Part shown: piece by piece, positions 1-13,334 of the stretch
Layout: each line of letters starts with the position of its first letter
Numbering within the stretch: the stretch's first letter is position 1
Source of the DNA: Octopus sinensis
Lineage: Eukaryota
Length of the DNA: 64,000 nucleotides
NCBI RefSeq assembly: GCF_006345805.1
Contig: NC_042998.1
Location: forward strand, 92,256,001 to 92,320,000
Direction of reading: 5' to 3'
Translations under genes and position numbers: made by a program
The notes under the pieces: generated by a model
Seen by the model: the letters and a program-made list of their open reading frames with translations, nothing else
Databases searched by the model: none
What the model was told of the DNA's origin: nothing

Positions 1-1140
1 CATTCCGGCACAAAATTCTACAACGCTTTCAGATTTGAATACATTTTTTTCCTTTTTAGAATGTGACAAATGTTTGTTTCCTTTTCATGGAAGCTATGAT
101 GCCTAAAATCCCAATCAAATTACATAAAATGGATAAAAATTGACTACAAAAGTTAGTGAAAAGTGGTTTGCACACAAATCTTTAGAAATCTCAAAGTGAA
201 GGAACAAAGAATAGGTAAAATAATAACAGAAATAAAACTGTTTCACATTTCAAAACAAATATTTACTTTCATCATAATATATATGGGGGGAGAGGGGAGA
301 GAAAAATCAAAAAGTTTTGCAGTGTTTTCTTTTATATCAGAATGCATGTGGGTGTATGTATACACACACACACATCTAGAGCCAAAGTTGAGTGATTATA
401 AATTTATACTCTACTGAATGTATTTTATATTGACTTAATGTTGGATTCTACATTAAAAAAAAAACCCCTCATTAACATACTTGTAAGTAATTTTATGAAT
501 ATAACTGTATATATCTGTATGAATATATCACCCAATTTTTTTCAATGAGTCTTTATTTAAAACTATTTGTGGAAGTATATGTATGTACATATTGGAGTAC
601 AGATTTTTTTTTCCATCTTGATGTTGATCTAAAGCAAGGTATGTGATAGATTTTGTTGATAATGATTATGAACCATGGGATTGGAATGCAGAATACAGAA
701 ATGACATAAACCTGTTTAAAAATGAAAACTGACAATGCAAAAATGCTTTCTGTTATATATATATATATTTGTATTTCTTGGTTTTTATGACATAAACTGG
801 ATGAATTGTATGTATTTTTAAAGTTAAGAATTTTATACGTGTTCTGTATTTCTCTCTATTATAGAAGTTCTTGGAAATAGATTTTTAATGCACAGAAAAA
901 TAACTTATTGGGTAAAATTTCATATACATTGTATATTTCTGTTTCTTGTTATTATTAGTCAAGTCTTTGAATTTCTTTGTGTCACACTTTCTGGCATTAA
1001 TATTGGTGAATTGTTTCCTTTCATTTAATTTTAGGTTAGATTCTGTTGGGCTTTGTGTCTTGCTCACTATACTTCAAACCTTAATTGTACTTTTTTATTA
1101 TAAAATGTGTTTCTTTCTTCAACTATTTAATATTTTAGAG

Positions 1141-1230
1141 TACCGTATTTGATGGCATATAAGACACACTTTTTAAAAATAAGTCTCAAAAAAATTCACC
1201 CATCTTCTGTTTGTGAAGCTGAGCTACCCA
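1141..1230 (+). mobile_element. 5' fragment of a pogo-like MITE
   Basis: taccgtatttgatggcatataagacacac, the typical TACCGTATTT..TATAAGAC terminus. Confidence 0.5.
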
Positions 1231-2290
1231 TAAGTTCATGTTGACTCTGACACTATTATAGGTTATTTTTAATACTGATGGTCTCTTCTATTTAGTTTCA
1301 CTGCCTTTTTTTTTTTTTTTTTGCTATAACCAAAGTACTTTCGTAATGTATTGCTAGATTGCTGTAAATATTTGTTTCAAAATTTGGAACAAGGCTGGCC
1401 GGTTTGTGGGAGGGGACTAAGCTGATTACATCGACCCTGCTGCTCAATTGATATTTATTTTATCAATCCTGAAAGGATGTAAAGCAAAATTAATCTCGGT
1501 GGAATTTGAACTCAGAACTTTAAGATGAACAAAATGCTGCTAAACATTTTGCCTGACATAACAATTCTGCCAGCTTGCTATATTTGGATTGCTTTAAATA
1601 TTACATGTTTTAATTCAATAAAAATCATTTTTTACTTGGAAATGCTCTGCCGAAGTTGGGTTGTATCTAATATGCTCATGCATCTTTTACAACATCAAAT
1701 ATAGTAAGTCAAACATATAAGATTGCTATTCAGGTGCAGACATGGTTATGTGGTTAAAAAGTTTGTGTTGTAACTGCATGGTTTCAGGTTCAGTCTTAAG
1801 AGCTTTACTGCAAGACACAGGAAAGCCAGCAGTTGTCCAGGGAAGGCAGGTGCTAGTCAGAACCTGAACAAATGCCACAAGATATCATATCTAATGCTTT
1901 AACAACTCTAGTTCACTGTTCTGGACTGATGCTTTTATTTATCAACTCTGAAAGGATGAAGGCCAAAGCTGACCATGGTGAGATTTGAACTCAGAGTGGA
2001 GAGAGTTGAAACAAATAGCACATTGCATAAAGAATCCTGTTCATTGCTCTGACAACTTTCCCAATTAGCTACCTTCATATAAATAACTAATATTTTAATA
2101 GTAGACTGTATTAGTTTAATTATAAGTTAATTATAGGTTTCCTATATGACTGTGTGATTAAGAAGTTTGCTTCCAAACCACACAGTTTCAGGTTCAGTCC
2201 CACTGTGTAGCACCTTAGGCAATTGTCTTGGGTTGACCAAAGCCTTGTTAGTAGATTCAGTAAATAAGAACTGAAAGAATCCTGTTGTGT

Positions 2291-2334
<44 letters not shown>

Positions 2335-2660
2335 CTGCGTGTACACACACACATATATACACATGCGAGTATATAAAATGTGTGTGTGTTTGTATGTTTG
2401 TCTCCTTGTTTTGATACTGATAGTTGTAAATGAATGTCACTGTCACAGAAGCATTTCCAATATTCTGCAAGAAAGACATATCTAGCTATGGGGAAATATT
2501 ACCTAGCTCAGACACAGGTAAAAAATAACTAAAGTAAAGGCATCAAGCCATAGAAAATCTGTCACAATAAACTCTATCTAATGTATGCAAGCATGGAAAA
2601 GTGGATGTTAGAACAAAGATGATGTTATATAGCCATAAATTTCTTTCTTTCTTTCTTTTC

Positions 2661-3030
2661 TTTTACTTGTTTCAGTCATTTGACTGTAGCCATGCTGGAG
2701 CACCACCTTTAGTCGAGCAAATCGACCCCAGGACTTATTCTTTGTAAACCTAGTACTTATTCTATCGGTCTTATTTACCGAACTGCTACGTTACAGGGAT
2801 GTAAACACACCAGCATCGGTTGTTAAGTGATGTTGGGGGAAGGGGGGCAAACACACACACACACACACATATATATACATATGGCAGGCTTCTTTCAGTT
2901 TCCGTTTACCAAATCCACTCACAAGGCTTTGGTCAGGCTGAGGCTATAGTAGAAGAAACTTACCCAAGGTGCCACGCAGTGGGACTGAACCTGGAACCAT
3001 GTGGTTGGTAAGTAAGCTACTTACCACACA
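2661..3030 (-). mobile_element. tRNA-derived SINE family A1
   Basis: Reverse complement of the 35780-36190 copy. Confidence 0.85.
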
Positions 3031-3693
3031 TGATAGGTAATGAGCAAAAAATGAAGACAAAATGAGAGGGACAAGTTTTAACAAAGGCATGATGAGTATA
3101 ACAGCTAAAAGGAAAGAAAAGAGCTTTCATGTTTTTGGAATTTAGTCTTTCATCAGGAAAAAGAACTGGTGGAAAGGTGATGGGAGATGAAGAAAGAAAA
3201 AGAGAAAAAGCAAGTGGAGATTTGGTTCTGTGGAGGAGGAGAAGAAGGGGTAGCATATGAATGTGTCTTTTGTATGTTCTGTATTCAACTTTGGCCTTTA
3301 TCCTTTCAGTTTGAAAATATATATACCAGCAATATACTGATGTTGATTCAATTACTTGTGTTCTAATCTTATTGCTAGTCAGAAGTAATAAAATATTTTG
3401 TGTATTTAATTTCCAGTTCCTTTTCAATATTTGCTGCACTGTGGGGGTTAGTTTCAGTTTCCCACTTGTCAAGAATCCATAAAATATGGGGTTTAGGTAA
3501 TTTGTTTCAGATAATTGGATAGTTTTTTTGCTAACTTCAACTTTTCAAAAGAATATAGATTATTCGATCTGTTACAGAACATTGTTGAAAACACTACAAC
3601 TTCTGTTTATAGCTATTTAACTTTACTTCAACATATTTAGAGACATTTTAAAGATATTTTGGTTTAAACCCTTATTTGCTTTGTTATTTCCAG

Positions 3694-3810
3694 AGGATTA
3701 TAAGCCAACACCTCCACTGCCTCCCAAGAAGCCTCAAGTTGATATCCCACTGCATGACATTGATGTAAGCGAAGGCGCTACCAATGTTGAATTGAGGTGC
3801 AAGTTTTCAA
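3694..3810 (+). CDS. MYLK: MLCK-like exon (Pro-rich linker + start of Ig domain 1), phase 1-1
   Basis: ttccag|AGGATTATAAG...TTTTCAA|gtaaat; 117 nt; DYKPTPPLPPKKPQVDIPLHDIDVSEGATNVELRCKFS. Confidence 0.88.
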
Positions 3811-4229
3811 GTAAATATTACCTTTCTTTCTACATTAATTTCTAATTTGCAGAGATACAACACTGATAATGTATCTGAATGTTGCATCCACACACACACA
3901 TGTGTATGTGCGTGTGAAACTATTTTATGTTAATAACTAATTCAACTGTATTATATTAATAACACAGTGTATTAGCATCATAACAATTTTCTTTCAGATT
4001 GTTCCTTTGAAGATTTTGTTACAGTTTATTTCTTATTTAAAAATTATTCGTGTAAATTTGCTTCTGTGTGTCTATGTGAGAAATAACTGTAATTATTGAC
4101 AGTTTGAAGTGATTGATTGAATATGTTAGCTTTATCACACCACATTTGGAGTTTAAACTCTCCAGCATTTAAACTGACCATATCCATTTTATTTTTGCTA
4201 TTAACTGTCCTCACGACCCCCCTTCGTAT

Positions 4230-4500
4230 CTACAATGGGGCCATGAATTATATGATGAAAATCCAGAGTTATTCATGGTCAGTGAATTTTTAATAGATGC
4301 AAAGGTAGTTTATCAATTCACAAATTGATATCTACGAAATAATCATAGTTTCTGATTTTTTAATGCTAAAAACCTTCCTGACAACCGTCTTTGTAATCCC
4401 CAAAAATATCATAATGGTTGGTCCAGCCGACTGGCCGTGAAAAGGGGAAAAGACAAAGAGATAGACAGACAGACATAACACCCATTATAGTAAGATATGA
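4230..4500. mobile_element. Possible non-autonomous Helitron-like repeat
   Basis: Internal (GACA)n microsatellite and a cccattatagtaagat end, typical of DINE/HINE-like elements; no TIR or TSD seen. Confidence 0.35.
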
Positions 4501-5461
4501 TGAATCATTAGAATTGTAATACTCTACAACAAATCCTGATTGCAACAAGATATTTCAGAGCACACCCTGTATCTATTTTTCTACAGATTACAGAAATTAA
4601 TGACAAATAATTATAATATATTCCAATATAGGAAGCATATTCCCTTTTTGAAAGAAATGTCCTGAACATGTTTCAAGAGTAAGTGTAATAAGTCTTGCTA
4701 ATAAGGAACATTTCTGTGATATAAACTAAGTATTTTGCTCAACTGTTCAATATTTCTTTTTCTGTTCTTTAACCATTCTAAATACCTTGCAGCCCATAGG
4801 AACCAACATAATTTAAATACCTGTTGAAAATAGCTTGGTTCTAATCTATTTTCTCTTTGTATTTTACACTTCCTTCATTTCAACTTGCTGGTGGGATAAT
4901 TTAGAGTTAGAGAAGTTGATTAATCTTTAGAAAAGTTACCAGTCGTTATCGATTAGAAAAGAGTTGATTATTATTTTGTTGGGAAGGAGAAAAAAAAGAA
5001 ATGATTTGGTAGTTTGTAGTTCAATGTAGCATTCTGGGCATGTTTCATCCTGTTTCTGATACTGGCATTTTCAGGAAGAGAAGCAGCTGACTAACTTTTA
5101 GATGCTAATTTATTGGTAACAAACTCTTTCGTGTTCTCAGAAAACTCATGCATTGTACAGAATAACAATAAATTAAATTAAACTGAGGTTTTTCTTTTGT
5201 TTGCTTTCTTGCTATATGATATTCTTACTGGGTATTGAAATTTAATGGTGACTACTTAAGAAGTGGAAACTTTGTTAGTAGAGTACGTGAATACTTTGCC
5301 ATCATATGTTTCCTTCCAGCCTTTTTATATTGAGTTTAAATTATGGATTAGTAAAAGGCTTTAAAACTTTGAAACTTCAAAATGTTAATTTAATTGCTTT
5401 TCTTTTATTTATAATTTCTTTCAATAATATGATCAAAATCTTCATTTTATCTTTTCCTTAG

Positions 5462-5656
5462 ATGTAAGTTCTGTCAATTGGTTCAAAGATGGGAATAAAC
5501 TGCCTCCAAGTCAAGATATCAAATCTACATTTGATGGCTTTAATGCAGTTCTTGTACTAAAGAATGTTACACCAAATGCTATTGGGTGTTATGAATGTAT
5601 TGCTATATCATCAAAGAAAGAAGAAGTTCAAACATGTTGTGTTCTTACTGTTCAAT
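5462..5656 (+). CDS. MYLK: MLCK-like exon (rest of Ig domain 1), phase 1-1
   Basis: ccttag|AT...CAAT|gtaagt; 195 nt; NVSSVNWFKDGNKL...AIGCYECIAISSKKEEVQTCCVLTVQ (Ig I-set WFKDG and YEC motifs). Confidence 0.92.
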
Positions 5657-7933
5657 GTAAGTCTGTGGTCGAAAATGCTTATCGAAAGATGAGTTGCATT
5701 TTCTGTTTGTATTTTTTTTTCTTTTAGTGGAGTGGTGGCAGTGAAAAGATTTGATGAAATGCTGAATTAATTTGATCTAATTCGTTTATTTTGCAACAAT
5801 ATAACACAAAGATAAAGAACTTATTTTCTTACTGTAATTTGCTATTAAAGTGGTTTTAGGACCGTGGCATATACTATTCGAATATTAATTCTTTTATGAT
5901 TAGCTCAAGCATTATCAGTATTTTCTTTAAAGTTATTTTGCTTGTTTTTGATGATGATGATGATGATATATTATATGTGTGTGTGTGTGTGTGTCTGTCT
6001 TAACTGCCTTGAATTCATTTTTTATACTCTTTTTCACTATTCCAAGTTTGATAATTATATTGTGTTTATAGACAGCTTAACTTACTCAGAAAAATGTAGT
6101 TTTGAGTGAGATATTTCATTTCTTTAAGTCTCCAATTTTGAATATACTAAACTACACTGTTGAGTATTAAGAATTTTGCTGAGGACTTTTCCATAAAATT
6201 TGTTTTGCATTTCATTAAGTTTTCTGTCATATTTTGATTTACTTATAACTGCATTTTTAGATGGATCCTACTTTTCAAACTTGTAAATGAACTCCTACAG
6301 AGAATTCATCTTTTTGTTTGAACAGTTCCAGTCAGCTCTGCTTGAATTAAGCCTGAAATAAGAATTAATTGGTTGACATTTTAATTATTGCCAGTTCGTA
6401 TTTATTGCAAACATGTTAGCTGAATGTTTGGATCTTTTGCACTCCTTGTCCATATCTGGCTACCTTATACACCGCACATTTTTGCATACTTCATGCAGTC
6501 TGGTTTATGTATGAAGAAAGAAACCTGTTATTGCTGACACAGTCAATAGCGTTTTGAGCATTTTCTCTGCCTTCGTAATGCTAGGAATTATGCATTCACT
6601 AAAGTAGTAACTAGATCTTTTGGAAACAGACACTGTCAATCGCGTGGAGTAAATTATTCAGGCAGTACTTATAATTTAATTCATTAGCATTCAATTAATT
6701 AGCTACTGTTAATTACTGTCTTGAATGTATTGCATCTGATGATTTGGTTCCCTGTCAGCCTGCCAGAGAGCATCTTATCCCTCCTACTGCATATGTTTTA
6801 CATCTGCTTAATTCACAGTTTCAAGTTCTGTGTCTACGAATTGAATAATAGCATTTCTAATTTAATATTGGAATTTCAACTCCATCTTACTAACTTGTAT
6901 TTTGGTTTTTGCTATCTTGGTCTTAATTCTTTGAATTCTGCATTTGATATATGAAGACATGGTTGTGAAGTTGATAAACTCTACCACATGGTTTTGGGTT
7001 TAGTCCCACTGTATGGAACTTTGGACAAATACTTTCTATTATAGTCCTGGGCTGACATAAGCCTTGTGAGTGAATTTGGTAGATGGAAACTAAAAGAAAC
7101 TTGGTGTGTGTTTGTGTTTTTTTTTGGCTCCTTGCCATGACATTGTATGATACTTGTAAATTAATGTCACCTTCATTTCAAATATTCTGTGAAAACATAT
7201 TTGGTTATGGGAACATATTACCTTACTTGGTAATAAGTGAGAGTCTGTGACAGGAAGAGCATCCAGTGATAGAAAATCTGCTTCAACAAATTTTGTCTGA
7301 CCCATGTGACCATGGCAAAGTGGACATTAAAATGATGGTAATAATGATAACAAAATCTGTATTGGTTGCTTGGTAGTTGTTGTTTAGTCTCAAGGCAATG
7401 CTCATTGAGCAAACCTTAGATCAAAGACATCATAATGGTGACCACACCTTGTTTTGTATACCTCAGAGCATATTATCTAGAATATTTTTTTCTTTTCTTT
7501 TGTAAAGTGATGGTAGATTTGGCTGCTATTTCTAATTGATTGAGTAACTGCATAGATGCTCCTCAGTTGGTTTGTCTGTATTGTATTTCTAAAAAAGATT
7601 TTAGTAATTAATGGTTTTCAGGAAATTATGAATTAGCAATTGAAAAATTGTTTTTCCATGGTTAAAAACAGAAAAAATTCATTCATTATCCCTGTCACTC
7701 TTGTCATATATTCATGATTTGGGTATCTTGATATTTTGGTTTATGGTTTTCTAAAAATTAAACACTTTCATTAAAGACAGAGTGCAGCTTTTCCAAGTTG
7801 TTGGTTGGAATTTACAATGTTGTCTCTCCATTTTCAGTTTTCTTTTATTGATATATATATATATAATATATATATATATATGTTTCTGCAAACATTGAGA
7901 AAATATTTTAAAATAAATTTTGTATATTCACAG

Positions 7934-8032
7934 CAACCAAACCAAAGGTAGAACCACCCATATTCATAAGAGAACTTCAAGATATCCAGTGTTCTGAAGG
8001 GGATCCACTAGAACTGTTTGTTCAAGTGAAAG
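7934..8032 (+). CDS. MYLK: MLCK-like exon (start of Ig domain 2), phase 1-1
   Basis: tcacag|CAACC...AAAG|gtatgt; 99 nt; TKPKVEPPIFIRELQDIQCSEGDPLELFVQVK. Confidence 0.92.
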
Positions 8033-8325
8033 GTATGTTTTATTTATTTATTGCTTGATTATTTTTTCCTTGTAAATTATATTATACTTGACTGTGATTT
8101 AGAAGCTCATTTTGTAACCATATACTTTTGGCTTCAGTCCCACTGCATAGTACCTTGGGCAAGTGTCTCCTACTATAGCTCCAGACTAACCATTGATTTG
8201 TGAGTAAATGTGGTAAATGAAAATTGTGTGGAAGCCTGTTGTATATATATTTGTATATTAGTATCAGTTTCAATCAGAAGCTATGGCCATGCTGGAATAC
8301 TGTCATATATGTGTGTGTGTATGTG

Positions 8326-8361
<36 letters not shown>

Positions 8362-8364
<3 letters not shown>

Positions 8365-8690
8365 TCATTTAATGTCCGTTTTCCATGCTAGCATGGGTTG
8401 GACAGTTCGACCTGGGTCTGGGAAGCCAGAATGTTACACCAGGCTCCAGTCTGATCTGGCAATGTTTCTACAGCTAGATGCCCTTCCTTATGCCAACCAT
8501 TCCATGAGTGTAGTGGGTACTTTTTACATGCCACCGGCACAGGGGCCAGAGGAGGCTGACAATGGGTGTTATTGGTTGGTGCTTTTTACATGCCACCGGC
8601 ACGGGTATCACAACTACAATTTCCATTTTATTTTTATTTTGATGTACTTGACTCAGTAGGGCTCCTCAAGTACAGCAGGTCACCCATATA
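8362..8690 (-). mobile_element. Short RTE-tail retroelement (5'-truncated RTE or derived SINE)
   Basis: catcatttaatgtccgttttccatgctagcatgggttggacag...; collinear with the 61243-61620 RTE 3' UTR. Similar copies at about 9690-9930 (-), 16925-17140, 52440-52675 and 56265-56522 (+). Confidence 0.75.
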
Positions 8691-8891
8691 TATATATATA
8701 TGTGTGTGTGTGTTTGTATTTGTCCCACAACACCATTGCTTGCCAGTTGGTGTTGGTTATGTCCCCTGTAACTTAATGGTTCAGTAAAAGAGACCAATAA
8801 AATAAGTACTAGACTTAAAAAATAAATACTGGGCTTGATTTGTTTGACTAAACCCTTCTTATGACTGAAACAAATAAAAAAATCAAAGATT

Positions 8892-8895
<4 letters not shown>

Positions 8896-8945
<50 letters not shown>

Positions 8946-8962
8946 TGTGTGTGTGTGTGTGT
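8896..8962. repeat. (TA)n-(TG)n microsatellite, representative of dozens in the window
   Basis: Long perfect TA run followed by a TG run; similar runs at about 2286-2332, 8330-8361, 9925-10010, 18840-18908, 46500-46568, 47000-47070 and 50120-50178. Confidence 0.95.
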
Positions 8963-9941
8963 GGAACCATTTTCTTGTTCCTATAGTATTAATCTTAAAT
9001 AATTCTGATCTGTTTTACATTCAGATCACATTTCCCTTGAACTTTTTATGCTATGTAAAATCAAATATATAAATAGGCTTGGGCATGGCCATGTGATTAA
9101 AAAGTTTGCTTCACAACCACATGGCTTTGAGTTCAGTCCCATTGTGTGGCACTATGGGAAAGTGTCTTCTTTTGGCACTGACTGACCAAAACTTTGTGTG
9201 GATTTAATAAATAGCTGAAAGAAGGCCTATATGAGTTTGTGTGCCAACATGCACACACACACTTGTATGAGTGTGTGTGTGTATGTATGTATGTATGTAT
9301 ATATATATATATATATATATATAATACAAATAAGAAAATGGAGAAACAAATTTGGTTTGTTTGTCAACTTACAGATATTATAATGTTGGATTATTTATTC
9401 ATTATACAAATGAGAACATCAGAACAAACCAAATTTGTTTCTCCATTTTCTTATTTGTATTATAAATTTACGGTAAAAATATTTCTTTACCTTCACCCAT
9501 TTAATACAATAAATGACTTAATTGCATTGCGATTAAAAAACATTTATGTATTAAGAATTTGGGTACTTTACCAACGGGATATTGGATAAATGATATCCCA
9601 TAGTGGGCTACACCCATAACCCCTATCTTACTTTGTACTATATATATATATATATACATACATACATACATACATATATATCTCATTGTTGTCGTTTAAT
9701 GTCTGCTTTCCATGCTGGCATGGGTTAGACAGTTTGACTGAGAACTAGTATGCCGGGAGGCTGCAACAGGCTCCAATCTGATTTGGCAAGGTTTCTACAG
9801 CCGGATGCCCTTCCTAATGCCAACCACTCTGAGAGTGTAGTGGGTGCTTTTTATGTGCTACTGGCACAGGTGGCAGTCAGGTGGCACTGGCATTGGCCAC
9901 ACTTGAATGGTGCTGTCAGGCAGCACTGGTGTGTGTGTGTG

Positions 9942-10011
<70 letters not shown>

Positions 10012-10456
10012 TGTGAATTTGTGTTGGTGTGTTTACATCTGTAATTGCTTGTTTAGTACAGCAAGCAGTGGTGTTGTCAGTCTCTACTGTCAATGAATTG
10101 CCTTGAAAGTCCTAAGGAATAAAAGATACCTTACTTGAAAAGCAGGGAATGGTTAACATCAAGTAGATGTAAAAAGAACGATTAGTTGATAATCATATGA
10201 ATCATTTTCAGTGTTAAAGTTGATGGTAGGAATATTGTACTCATTATTTTGTAATGGCCTTCTCGTATGTTCTGTTATGTAAAAAACGTGTTTTTTAATT
10301 GAGGTGTTAATGATGATGGTAAAATTTTAAGGTCCTTTAGTCTGGTTAATGTCATGACAGTCTGTAAGTTAACTGCTGTTTTGAAGGGAATCAGCTATAG
10401 AAACCATGCCAAGCGTTGAACATATGAGCAAGATGTAGACCTCCAACTGGTCTAAG

Positions 10457-10725
10457 CAGTGGCAGACTGGGTCTAAAAATATTGGTTACCAGGATACTAA
10501 GGGGACCTACCCACAACTACAATGCTATCATTTAAATTTTTTTGTTAAAATTATTCTTTTCAACTGTCTACAAACACAGCCAGGCTGAAATAATGTGTTT
10601 TTCCAGAAGTGAATAAAAATTCTCAAACTTGAGGTGATGGGCCCCTTAGATACTAACATGGGCTCTAATGGTGCAGGGGTTCACTTGCCATTGGGTAAGC
10701 TGGCAACCTGGCCAGTCAGCCACTG
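10457..10725. mobile_element. hAT-type MITE
   Basis: 14-bp TIR cagtggcagactgg / ccagtcagccactg (1 mismatch); perfect 8-bp TSD ggtctaag at 10449-10456 and 10726-10733. Confidence 0.9.
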
Positions 10726-11978
10726 GGTCTAAGAGTATATCATAATATGGTCTATGCCAACTTGAAAAGCAGATAAAATAATGATAATGAGGATTGTAAA
10801 AATTCTCTCTCATTCCTTTACATAACATTAATGCTTCACCTCATATCCAGTTTTTGTTCTATTGGAGTTCTGAAATTTTTGAAATGAACTCTGCACCTGT
10901 GCCTGTCATTCTTATCTTAGAATGCTGCTAGAGATCAACATTTAACTTCCAACTCTCACCCATCTACTCCACCCCCCACCCCCTTGCAAAGAAATTTTAA
11001 TGCTTCATTCTCATTTAAACCCTTGAAAAGTAATTACTGTTATCTGGACGTTTATGGCAAATAAAATATTTTTAGTCAGTCTTAAATCCATTGTAAAGCG
11101 AGGAACCCCAATAATTGAAACAGTTGAAATGTTTTCATAAAACCAAGTTATTTGACCTTCTTGAAAAGACATTAGGTTTTCCTTCTGTTGAACTAATTAG
11201 TCTGACATGTAGAAATAACTGCATGTTTTCTCAGGATTCATAGTGTGAGTCATATACAATTTTACTGCTCCATTTCTGCTCTATAACTTCTCCCAATTGA
11301 CAGAAATTATCCTTAATTTTCTGTCCATTTTTTTCTCTTGGATTTTCTAATTTTTTAAATTTATTTATTATTTTTTAAAATATGAATGTGTTTATTTATA
11401 AATACATTCCTGCCAATCAATTCTGAGTATTAAATAACCAAGATGTGACATGTCCATTATACTGTTTATGAAATACTAGGTCAATAATCTTCAAAATTAC
11501 AGTTTTTGCAATGCAATGGTTAATTCTTTTAGTTTCATAAATAATGTAACAAATTAGCCTATTTACTATAACCTTGTATACAAAGTGATCTGTGGAAAAT
11601 GTGTTAATTTCAAAAAGGGCCTCACCTACTTTTTTTAGGTTCACATTTGAGAACCATTTTTAGCTACATTGTTTAAATGCCTTTCTGTCTATTTTTGCTA
11701 AAATATTAGTTTTTGAGATATGGTTATATTTTTGACCCATCAAAAAGATACTGCATTAATGTACATTGACTGGATTATTATGAGGTTCTCAATATTACTC
11801 TATAAACTAACAATTTCCAACATAAAAAGCTTATAAAATGATAAATTTTTTTAATATTAATATTCTTAGGTGAGGGTGTAATATAGTAATTTCAATTTTC
11901 CTATTTTTAGAATAAGCTATTATTACCAGAATAACTTTTATATGAACTATGAAGCTCACCCTTTTCAAAAGTTAAATA

Positions 11979-13155
11979 CAGGGGTTGTACTGAAAGTAAA
12001 GCAAAAGTGCTGATATCTGTTTATTAACTAACATAGGACATTCAAACTGCACATGTAGGTAGTTATTGTTCCTCTATAATAATTCATAGAGAAGTGACCA
12101 TTAACTGCATCTACTGGATCAAATTGTTAGTGAGTAGAGAAATTGATTTGTGCAGTCATATGAATCACATTTGGAGACCTTGCTGCACAATTGGACTGTA
12201 GTCATAATATGTTACAGGAGATGGTAGAGAACTTTGAGTATTGGGCAAAGTGTGTAAAGAGAGTACTTCAGCAGTTGACATTAGCTGACATCTGATTAGA
12301 AGTAAAGAAAGATGGAAGTCTGCTCTGGTTTATTAAAATAATTTGAAGCCTATGAATACACATTCCAATCTCGTGGCAAAGGATGAAGCATTGCTGTATC
12401 TTTATCATCACGAAACAAAGACTTAGTCATCTCTAAGGCTTCAGAAGTTCAAGAGTCATTAATTGGTGCAGAAGGTCATAGTGACTGTTTTTTTTTTTTT
12501 TGTTTTTTTGTTTTTTTGGGGGGGGGGGTTATGACAGTGGTATAATTTTCTTTGATTTTCTGGCGTAAGGCTGTATCATAAGCAACAAACAATAAAATGA
12601 GATACTCAAAAGCTAACGGAGACCATTAAGAGGAAAAGGCTAAAGAAGAATCTTAAAATAATCCACAGTCACCATGACAATGTGCAACCACATATCCTTA
12701 GCAACAAATCAGGCAATTACCAGATTGGGATGGTCAGAGGTTCACCTTACAGCTCTGATATGATGCCTTCCAACTTCCATCTGTTTGGTCGATTGAAGAA
12801 CAGATCTAAGTGACAATGATGTGATGACAAAAATAAAGTGAAAGTGGGTACAACAGTACTCACCTGAGTTTTTCAAAGAGGTTTTGAACATGAGATTCAA
12901 CAGTGGCACAAATGCATTGCCTGTGACGGGGACTGTTGAGTTATTCCGCTAACATGTGCAATTTGAATGACCTATACTCTATTATTCTTTTATTTGTTTC
13001 AGTCATTTGATTGGGCCATGCTGGAGCACTGTTTTTAGTTGAAGTAAGCCTAGTACTTATTCTATCGGTCTCTTTTGCCGAACTGCTAAGTTATAGGGAT
13101 ATAAACACACCAACATCGGTTGTAAGCAATGGTGGGGGGACAAGCACACACAAAT

Positions 13156-13193
<38 letters not shown>

Positions 13194-13334
13194 TGGGTTT
13201 CTTTCAGTTTCCGTCTACAAAATCCACTCACAAGGCTTTGATTAGCCCAAGGCAGTAGTGCAAGATACTTGCCCAAGGTACCACCTATGTCAATTGAAAA
13301 AAAAAAATGTTTGCCACTTTTGATATAATCCTCT
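11979..13334 (+). mobile_element. Decayed mariner transposon; right TIR interrupted by a SINE
   Basis: Inverted repeat 12033-12056 / 12952-12975 (22/24 identical) plus more diverged outer ends with TA flanks. Remnants: HHDNVQPH, YSSDMMPSNFHLFGRLKN, WHKCIACDGD. Confidence 0.75.

Noticed and set aside
3121-3165. Minus-strand CTGATGA...GAAA hammerhead-like motif
   Set aside because: No pairable stem II and no stem III/NUH; at most a heavily decayed remnant.
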